64,000 nt of DNA from NCBI RefSeq assembly GCF_009914755.1, contig NC_060930.1; one strand, given 5' to 3'. Below are positions 14,718 through 23,461 of the stretch, one piece after another; position 1 is the first letter of the stretch; every line of letters starts with the position of its first letter. This stretch comes from the human T2T-CHM13v2.0 reference genome, Homo sapiens. The notes below the pieces were generated by a model. The model was not told the origin of the DNA. It did not search any database and worked only from the letters and a program-made list of their open reading frames with translations. A program made the position numbers and the translations under genes.

Positions 14718-14870
14718 GCCTACCTTCCTTCCCTTCCTTCCTTCCTTCTTTCCTTCTTCCTTCCTCCCTCCTTCCCTCCTTCTCTCCTTTCCTTCCTTCT
14801 TCCCTGCTTCATTTTTTTCTTATTCTTTCCTTCCTCTTTCCCTTCCTTTCTTATTTCTTTCCTTCTTCCC
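14718..14870. repeat. (CCTT)n-like polypyrimidine simple repeat
   Basis: Visible directly. Confidence 0.85.
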
Positions 14871-17390
14871 TAATTCTAAGGATATTTGTCATTTCTAAGA
14901 AAACCTTCTTTTTCACACATCTAATTTTTGTTTTAAGTATGTCAGCATATATTTCTGATATTATTCATTTATTTATGTTAAATATTTATACTAACATTCT
15001 TCTAGTTTGGAGAGGGGTTCTAGTTTTTCTGTTAATTTTGGTGCTCTGTCTTGAGGATGTTGAGTTGTACTTGTCTATTGGTTTTTGTTACAAGCGATGG
15101 TGTTGAATTGCCAAATAGAAGAATACCTTTCCAAAACTTAAATGTTATTTACTACTGAAGTTCAGGTTAATGAACTTTCTGATTCTGAGAACTTGTCTTA
15201 GCAGATGAGGGTGAATGTTGGTTGTGCTGCCGGGATGGGTGTATGAGGTGCTGGCATTTTGAATCTGGGAGCTCCATGTTCTTACCTGAAACATTTTTAT
15301 TTCTTAGCCCCTAGTGACCACATCAATCACTTAAAGTGTAGCTAGATTGCAAGTCTTAGCTTGGAGAAAAATGAAAAGGGTAATTTCTCTCTTATTCTCC
15401 TCTTTTTTATTTTATTTTTTCCCTCTGCCTCCTTTATGAAGGGGAGTTTGCTGCGGCTTGACATGGCTTTTCTCAGCTTCCAACATTTACACCAAAAGCT
15501 CTTAATTTGGCTCAGTTCCTTTTGATTCCTCCCTCTCCCACTCAGACTCTTATTTTTCTCTTGGTGCTAAACCAGGATGAGGAGCAAGATCATGTCAATG
15601 TTGTTACAAGAGAGGATTAAGGGCCAAACCTATTTATTGGCCTTTGTATTGCAGAGTTTAGTTTTTATTGTACTCAGTTGTGGCTTCTATTTGTCAGACA
15701 CCTGTGCTTACAAGTGATAGAAGTCCAACTGAAATGGCTTTGGAAGAGAAAGAAAGAGAAAAAGAAAATATGGAGACTGAGGTAGGTCACAGAATATAAG
15801 AATGAGCAGCTGTAACAAGCACAGTTCCAGGGACCAGAGACTGGAATTAAATCTCTGCCCCAAAATAAATGAAGACCTTTGGAACTCTTATTTCAGCTGT
15901 TCTTTTGCACCTTCTCCCTTCTCTTAAATCTACTCCAAGAGGCAACAGACAAGTCTGTTGGCAGTTTTGGAGTCTCATTCATCACATCCATGAAAGCGAA
16001 GAAAAAGCAGCTGTGTTCAAAACCTAGGAGAGGCTCTTATTGGCCCAGCCCAGAGTACTTTATTACCATTTGAACCAATTGCTGCAGCCTTGTGGGTGCA
16101 GTGCCAAGTTGTCTGATTGGTCACTCCCATCATCCCAATGATTTTCAACCTACAGGTCATTACTCTTATCAATTTAGCACCTCTTATCAATTTAGCCACT
16201 ATGGTTTTTTAAACAAGATGGATGAGGCCCAAATAGAATGGAACAGATCATAGTGCATCCCACTTAGTAAGAGTCAGGATTATTTTGTGAAACTTTCGAT
16301 GCTGCAACACATGTGTTTACATATAAGCCTATATATTAGTATTGCAGCACACTTTAAAAATGTATATTTTTTACTCTAGGTCAGTCATACTCCAAAAGGG
16401 TTAAAATTCTTCTCTTTACTGCACGTTTTATGTATTTTATTTCTATTGATAATGCCTCTGATTCCCAGACATAATGCTTTTGGTTGGACTTTCAAAAAGG
16501 ACGGCCTAGAAGATAATTGTTCAACCATGTAATTGCTTCACTTTTCATTACCCTGTGGGTTTATTGGGCAGCTACATCTATTTCTCCTCTGGACTCCAAA
16601 GTCAAAGGTTGTGTTTTGTACGCATGCTTCTTTCTTTACTCTAGGTCAAACTCTATTCCACAGTCCAGTCTGGGAACTGACGTAAGCTTCTAGTTGTTAG
16701 ACAATGGTAGCCATCAAAGAAACTTAAGGTGATCTAAAGTTAGGTTTAATAAAAGTAAATTTTAGACTAACATCTGCCATATGTACAGATATTTATGAAA
16801 CCATCTAACCATCAGATTGCGCCAAATGTTCATTCCTAGCAGATGCAACACCATTCCAGAGACAGGATTTTGTTACCCTTAGAGTTAGTATCAGGCAAAA
16901 GGAAATCAATCTAAACCAATGCTTTGGACACAAGCTTATCTAGAAATGAAGCCTAGGGTATCCTCCATAAAACTACAGGTTACAGACCTTACTGAACTCT
17001 CCAGATCTGGACTCTGCAGAGTCCAGCTTTGGCAGAAATGTGGCTGATAGAGGCCATTACAGGAGCGTCCTTTGGCCTGTAACCCTCTTTTACATCAGCC
17101 TGGCTGACCACCCTAGAATGAGACCTCTTGGGAAAGCTGACAGCCCACAGAGTGATACCTTCAACCAATTGGCACATACATACCTCCCTATAGTAAAATA
17201 TCTAAAGGCTAAATACAATCTTAAACATGCCAAATAAAAAGCACTAAAGCATGTCCCTTAGGCTTGAAGAAATTAATCATCAGTTGACAAATTCATTATA
17301 ACTTGATGGCAAATAAAACAGCCCACATGAACAAAACTGTTTTATAAGTGCTTTTCTGGATACCACATAAAAATCTCTTTCACAAAATTA

Positions 17391-17591
17391 TTAGGTTAAT
17401 GCAAAAGTAATCGCGGTTTTTGCCATTAAAAGTAATGGCTTCCCACAACCAGATGTCCCATGCAAAGTAGTGCCCTCTAATGCCAAACCAAAAGCAGAGG
17501 TCATAAAGACTATATCCCTTACACACACACACACACGCGCGCGCGCGTTAAAATAATGGCAAAAACCGCGATTACTTTTGCACCAACCTAA
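17391..17591. mobile_element. MADE1 (Hsmar1-derived MITE) with a ~108-bp internal insertion
   Basis: TIRs TTAGGTTAATGCAAAAGTAATCGCGGTTTTTGCCATT and AATGGCAAAAACCGCGATTACTTTTGCACCAACCTAA; TA target duplication at 17389-17390 and 17592-17593. Confidence 0.93.
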
Positions 17592-17841
17592 TACAGCTTG
17601 CATTGAAATCCAGTGCTAAACTCAGCTTTCAGGAAACCAATGTGACATAATATTGGTAAAGAAAACAAAGTGGAGAGTATCAGGGTAATGAATGAAAGGA
17701 ATGGAGAGACTTTGTTGAAATACTCTTGGGCATTATCTGCCTATGCTTTTACTTGAACTCGTGGCTGGCTTTTGGTTTTACTTTTTCTTTCCCCTCGAAA
17801 AGTAGGTCATCTGCTCTGCTGGGCTTTATTATCTGGGGACG

Positions 17842-18214
17842 TTACTTGCCCTTGGCCTTGTGGTGGCTCTTGGTCTTCTGGGGCAGAAGCACGCCCTGAA
17901 TGTTGGGCAGGACACCGCCCTGCGCGATGGTGACTTCGCCCAGCAGCTTGTTAAGCTCCTCGCCGTTGCGAATGGCCAGCTACAGGTGGCGCAGGATGAT
18001 GCGGGTCTTCTTGTCGCGGGCCGGGTTGCCAGCCAGCTCCAGGATCTCGGCGGTCAGGTGCTCCAGCACGGCCGCCAGGTACACCTGCGCTCTGGCCCCG
18101 ACACGCTCGGCATAGATGCCTTTGCGGAGCAGACGGCGCTGGAGCCCGGCCAGGGAAGACCAAGTCTGGGACTTCAGCGCCAGCCTCGCCACCCTGCTTC
18201 CCACAACCAGATGT
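17842..18214 (-). pseudogene. H2AC3P: Histone H2A pseudogene, canonical replication-dependent type (likely H2AC3P/HIST1H2APS2)
   Basis: Start codon is ACA (ACA TCT GGT TGT GGG AAG = M-S-G-R-G-K position). Lesions: a +1 frameshift near codon 13, deletion of FPVGRV and of one N codon, and premature TAG at 17980-17982. Ends [21 protein letters not shown]. Still CpG-rich. Symbol is from recalled locus order. Confidence 0.93.
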
Positions 18215-18276
18215 CTCCTGCGAAGTAGCGCCCTCTAATGCCAAACCAAAAGCAGAGGTCATAAGTACTATATCCC

Positions 18277-18310
<34 letters not shown>

Positions 18311-18508
18311 CCCCTAACGGCTAACTTCTCTGGAAGGTGCCTCATCCAAGCAAAGCAGAACTGAAGATACTTTTACATGCCTTTTTCCGTTATTTTTTAT
18401 CCAATCAGACTTTTTCAGACTTCCTTTGAATACAAGTATCTGCAGGATTTTCCTTGTCACCTGTAGACACTTTTTCTCTTTTCAAGGAAGCTAGAAACAG
18501 ATTTTGAT

Positions 18509-18577
18509 ATGCCTAAAGTTTTGAAGTGTTCTACAATCTCTAGAAAGGGCTCCAAGAAAGCCATATGTAATATGCAT
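18509..18577 (+). pseudogene. H2B pseudogene 5' remnant (H2B-psi-A), divergent partner of the H2A pseudogene; possible C-terminal remnant at about 18795-18872
   Basis: MPKVLKCSTISRKGSKKAICNMH aligns gap-free to H2B [23 protein letters not shown]. ATG is 295 bp from the H2A start, with CCAAT at 18401-18405 in between. Confidence 0.75.
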
Positions 18578-18917
18578 TTTTTGTATAATTTGAGAATATT
18601 TATTTCCTCTATAGAGAGCAAGAAAATGAATGGGAAGTGGATGTATGAAAGTCATGTGTTATGTATTCATGGAAATTAATAAGTATATCATACATAGGTC
18701 AAGAAATGGGAGGACAAAGAGATAACTATATTCATGAGGCCTGAAATAAACAAGACACCTGGGCACAAGATACTTATGATATACTAAATATACAGCTAAC
18801 ACTAGATATCCAGGGTACACTGAAGGTTATACAAGCACCCAGTATTTTCAAGGCCTTGATTCAGCCACCTACTGGGGACACCCATTCTGTCACCATGTGT
18901 TCTCTGTTCAAGAAACA

Positions 18918-19444
18918 CACTACTATTCAGCCTTTAACAATAAGGAAGTCATGCTGTTTGTGAAAACATGGGTGAACCCAAGGAACATTAGGGTAAGCAA
19001 AAAACAAAACAAAACAACAACAACAACAAAAAAAACAGGCACAGAAATGCAAACACTACATCATCTCACTTGTATATGGAATCTAAGTATATCAAACTTA
19101 TAGAAGCAGAGAGGAGAACAGAGGTTACCAAACGTTACGGGTTGGGGAAATGTTGGTCAAAGCACACAAAATTTTAGTTAGACAGGAGGAATAAGTTCGG
19201 TTCAGGAGATCTATTGTAAAACATGGTGACTGTAATTAATACAATGTATTGTATACTTGAAAATTGCTATGAGAGTAGATTTTAAACGTTCTCACTACAA
19301 AAAGAAGCGTATGTGAGGTAATGGATAATTATCTTGATTTAGCTGTTCTACAGTGTATACATATATCAAAACATCATGTTGTACAACATAAATATATATA
19401 TATACAAGATTTATTTGTCAATTTAAAAAAAGAAATAAATAAAA
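18918..19444 (+). mobile_element. L1MA-type 3' end lying between H2B-psi-A and H2B-psi-B
   Basis: tactattcagcctttaacaataaggaagtcatg...aaattgctatgagagtagattttaa...A-rich tail. Confidence 0.8.
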
Positions 19445-19849
19445 CCCATGGCTGTTTAGCATGTCTTTCTCATAGAGCAAGTGTGTGTCATTATCCTCTC
19501 CTACGGCACTTCCTGTCTGTGGGATCCCTTGCTGGAATCTCAGTGCTAGTCCTTGTAATCATACCATTAGCTGGGAAAGTTAATGTGGCAGGGAAAGACA
19601 GGATGTTGGCACATTCTGTACTTCCAGGTCAGCACTATGGTCCTACCATCTTGCTTGCTCCCTATTCTAAGTATGTAAAATTATGCTATCTTTTTCCCTT
19701 GCTTCTTGCAGTGGATTTTAAATTTATTTAACCAACCATGTATATCTATCATCTTTATTTGGCCTGTGAGATTTTCTGTTCCATAGGTGGCCTGCCTCCT
19801 TATAGCAAACTTGGAAGCTCCATTGCATCAGAATATTTTCCAACAGGAT

Positions 19850-20212
19850 GCCAGGGTTAAGATCAAGAAAGACGAGAGAAATAGAAGTTCTGCTGCTCAG
19901 AGACTCTAAGTGAACAACTAGTAATCTTGTAGGATGTTGAAACAGATACACTGGCATCTGACCCAAGGCCATGTGAATCATAAATTCCTTTTGCAATGGC
20001 ATCCTCGAGTGGATCACTGGTAAGGCCTCCCATCTGGCCCATTGTAACAGATGATTGACCATACCTCCAGGCAGTTCAAAAGGCCAAATGCTTCCTACTG
20101 CCTGGGGTGCTGGCCAAGAACACTATTGGCCAATACCAAGTACACTAGCTGCCAGTGAGTTCCTTTTATCAGACTTGAACATCATATACCAAAGACAGTT
20201 TCAGAACTACCT
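19850..20212 (+). pseudogene. Decayed H2B pseudogene (H2B-psi-B), including a degenerate 3' stem-loop
   Basis: MLKQI..TGI*PKAM*IINSFCNGILEWITGKASHLAHCNR*LT..TSR..LLPGVLAKN..TKYTSCQ* (TGA 20156-20158) is collinear with H2B. AAAGACAGTTTCAGAACTACC at 20191-20211 resembles AAAGGCTCTTTTCAGAGCCACC. Confidence 0.88.
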
Positions 20213-21064
20213 TGGTTTTTAAAATTAGAGTTCTAGTTAATGTTTTTGCTAATAATCTATTGGTTGTGTTAGTAATTAATAATTCATGGATTGTGAATCA
20301 CCCAATCAAGTAGTACATTAACACAGCAGGAGGTGGGGGAGAAATTTTAAATTTCTCTCAACTTTAACATGTTTTCTTATGTGGTTTGCTTTCTTTAGTG
20401 GTTTGTTTTTAAGATTATAGAGTACTGTGTGCATGTGCTCTAATGTACCACTTATGAAGTGACAGCCTCTGTTCCTTTGCTTTTTCATTAAAGTCTTTAA
20501 ATATCATTTTGTGCTCTGTTTGAAGTTTAAATATCATCTTCATAATGTTCTCAACCTCTTATGGTATCTTGGTTTAATCTGTTTCCTAATTTGCTAGTCC
20601 AACTCCTTCTCCATAATTTTTAAAATAATTTTTCCAATTTACTAAGATTTTGAATCAGTCCTGGAGACACTGGTCCCTAAATCTAAGTGCCATGTTTTCC
20701 AGGATCACTTTTCTTTTCCAGGTCAGATAATTCCTGCTCAAGCTAGGGTTCACTCAAAAAGGCAGCTTCTGACGGCAGTTGATTGTAGGTGGCTGGATTT
20801 ATGACCCAAACTTGACCAGTGTCATTTTTCATAGACTTAGGTTGAGGAGGTTAGTTTCTCTCAAGTAGTTGAAGCTGAAACCTACAAAATTTAGGTGCTG
20901 TAGGAAGAATCTTTTCAAAGTACTCTTGGTACAGGCCACACTCGGGTACTAGGCTGTCTGGTGTTGCTTTCTGAGTGGTTCATGCCAAATATGAACACTA
21001 TTAAATCAGAGTGGAATTTGATCAGCTCATTTACATGCATTATTTAGTTTTCGTCCACTGAGAG

Positions 21065-21109
21065 ATTGGGTTGTCCCTATGCTTTCTTTGAATATGGCAA
21101 CTATAAATA
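21065..21109 (+). promoter_or_regulatory. Fossil H2B promoter: inverted CCAAT, octamer-like element, TATA box
   Basis: ATTGG 21065-21069; CTTTGAAT 21086-21093 (ATTTGCAT-like, 8 bp before TATA as in H2B promoters); TATAAATA 21102-21109. Confidence 0.6.
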
Positions 21110-21171
21110 ATTCCTACTTGGTACTGGCTGCCAGTCTTTTTATCCCTAAGTAGTGTGAGGCTGAATCTACT

Positions 21172-21583
21172 ATGCCTGGGTCTTCCTTTAAGTAGTTTGC
21201 TATTGCCATAATTGACTTTAAGAACATTGGTTTGCCATCTCCAAAAACAACTCAAAGAAACTTTTACCAAAACTCAGAAGATTAGCATGAGAGATGCCCT
21301 ACAGAGAACTACTCCATCTGCTTTAACAAGGTCTTGAAACAAGTGTGCTCCAACATGGGCATTTCATACAAGGCAACACGTTTTGAGAACTATTTTATCA
21401 AGGATATCGTCAAGCACACAGTAGGACAAGACTCTCTCTAGGCCCATTGTAACAGATACTGCACTATCGCCTCCAGAGAGAGCTAATGATCTGTGCACCT
21501 GCTCCTACCCAGGGAATTGATTAGGCATGCTATATCTGAGGACATCAAGGCCATTATTAACTACACCAATTCTATCCAAATAA
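21172..21583 (+). pseudogene. Full-length decayed H2B pseudogene (H2B-psi-C), TH2B-like N-tail
   Basis: From 21301: TENYSICFNKVLKQVCSNMGISYKATRFENYFIKDIVKHTVGQDSL*AHCNRYCTIASRES**SVHLLLPRELIRHAISEDIKAIINYTNS. This is gap-free and about 45/91 identical to canonical H2B by my count. ATG CCT at 21172. Confidence 0.92.
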
Positions 21584-21614
21584 GCTGCTGTTGAGGATTC
21601 AAAGAACATAAGAC

Positions 21615-21636
21615 AAAGGCTCTGTTCACAGCCATC
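21615..21636 (+). terminator. Histone 3' stem-loop remnant of H2B-psi-C
   Basis: AAAGGCTCTGTTCACAGCCATC; the 16-mer core matches GGCTCTTTTCAGAGCC at 14/16, 34 nt after the stop. Confidence 0.85.
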
Positions 21637-21904
21637 AACATTTTCTGTTAATAGCTACCTCTTAATGTATTCATATTTCTGATGGATAGCCCTTTGTATT
21701 ACCTCTTTGTGAATTGTTCAGGATCCTATATAATTGACTTAGTAAAACTTTTCTCCTTTCTACCTTAAATATTAAAAAGTAGGTCTATTTTGTTTATGAT
21801 TTTTCCTAATGAGGGATAGCACATGCTTGTATGTTTGTGTTTCAAAAAACATACTATGTGGCCAAAAATGGTCTCAGTTCACCACATGATTTAGTGAAGG
21901 CCCC

Positions 21905-22375
21905 TGTATTAGTCTGTTCTCATGCTGTTAATAAAGACATACCTGAGACTGGGTAATTTATAAAGGAAGAATGTTTAACGGACTCACAGTGTTTCACAAA
22001 GAGAGTTTCAGAACTACCTTGGTTTTTAAAATTAGAGTTCTAGTTAGTTCTAGTTAATGTGTTTTAGCTAATAATTTGTTGGTGGTGTTAATAATTCATG
22101 GAGTCAGCATGGCTGGGGGAGCCTCACAGTCATGGCAGGAGGCAAACGAGAAGCAAAGGCATGTCTTACATGGCAGCAGGCAAAAGAGAGCTTGTGCAGG
22201 GGAATTCCCACTTACAAAAACATCAAATCTCATGGGACTTCTTCACTGCCATGAAAACAGTATGGGGGAAACTGCCCCCATGATTCAATAATCTCCACCT
22301 GGCCCCACCTTTGACACATGGGGATTATTACAATTCAAGGTGAGATTTGGGTGGGGACACAGCCAAACCTTATCA
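21905..22375 (-). mobile_element. THE1 solo LTR with a ~106-bp foreign insertion
   Basis: tgtattagtctgttctcatgc...cagccaaaccttatca; 5-bp TSD GCCCC on both sides. Confidence 0.9.
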
Positions 22376-23097
22376 GCCCCATTGCTTTTAATGTGAATAG
22401 CCTGAATTAATTTATCTAATTATTGAGGTTAGACACATGTTGTATAATTGTTGCATTTATTTTTTTTTCTGGTTTCAATTGCCATCATCTTGTGTCTTCG
22501 TTTTAACATATTTTCGGCCACAGTAGGGGAACTGCCCTTTGAAAGTATTGGAATCATCTTTGATTCCAATTGAACTGTACAAATGTTTTGTTTTTCAACT
22601 TCTGAAGACAGTTCTATCAGAATTGCATTGAATTTTTAGATTAATATAGATGACAGACATTTGTATAGACTTGTGATTTGCCATTTAAGAAGCTAGATGC
22701 TTTGAGGTATGAAAACTCTTTTTGTACTTCTTTAAAGCTTTATGGTGTTCTTCATGGGGCTTTACACATTTCATGGAGCTTATTTTAAGTTATTTTTCTT
22801 GCTTATTAACATATCTGTGTATAAATATAATGCAAGACTGTTACATTATATTTTTAACTGCTTTTCTATGAATGAATGCTATTGATATTTGTGTTATAAT
22901 ACTGTATTTGGCTGCTTTGCTAAATTTTATCATTTCAGTTTTCCAGGTTTTCCTCTAGGATTTTCCAGGTAGACAGTAATCTGTCAAGCAGGTAAGTAGT
23001 TTCTAAGCAGCAGCACAGGGGCAGCTGCTAGGCTAGCTTGCCACATTTTTACATATTTAGCCAGGAAGGAGACAATGAATCCAAATGTTAGACAGTT

Positions 23098-23461
23098 TGT
23101 CTTAATCAGTTTGGGCTGCCATGAAAAATTACTATAGGCTTAAAAAATAGAAATGTATTTCTCACAGTTCCAGAGGCTGAGAAATCCAAGATCAAGGCAC
23201 CAGGAGATCCACTGTCTGCTGAGGACCCACCTCCTGACTTGCAAATGGCCATCTTCTCCCTGTATCCCCACATGGCAGAGAGCAGAAAAAGAGAGAGAAA
23301 GCAAGCTCTCTCTTGTTTTATAAGGATGCTAATCCCATTCATGAGCTCTCCATTATCATGGCCTATTTACCTCCCAAAAGCCTCACCTCCTAATTCTATC
23401 ACAATTGAGGTTGAGGTTTCAATATCTGAATTAGGAGAGAACAAACATTCAGTCCATAGCA
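23098..23461 (-). mobile_element. MLT1A-type solo LTR
   Basis: tgtcttaatcagtttgggctgcc...cattcagtccatagca; TSD CAGTT. Confidence 0.8.

Noticed and set aside
16989-17177. ORF with SAKAGL, resembling H2A SSRAGL
   Set aside because: Only about 5 residues match, overlapping a palindrome; no further similarity.
17860-18304. ORFs of 122 aa (+), 117 aa (-) and 74 aa (-) over the H2A region
   Set aside because: Antisense or frameshifted readings of the GC-rich H2A pseudogene; no intact histone is possible (start lost, deletion, TAG).
20690-20990. Possible minus-strand histone traces upstream of H2B-psi-C (KVILENM resembling H4 KVFLENV; HLQ..AVR resembling H2A; agccacctaca)
   Set aside because: Short isolated matches that do not extend collinearly by eye; an HMM search would be needed.
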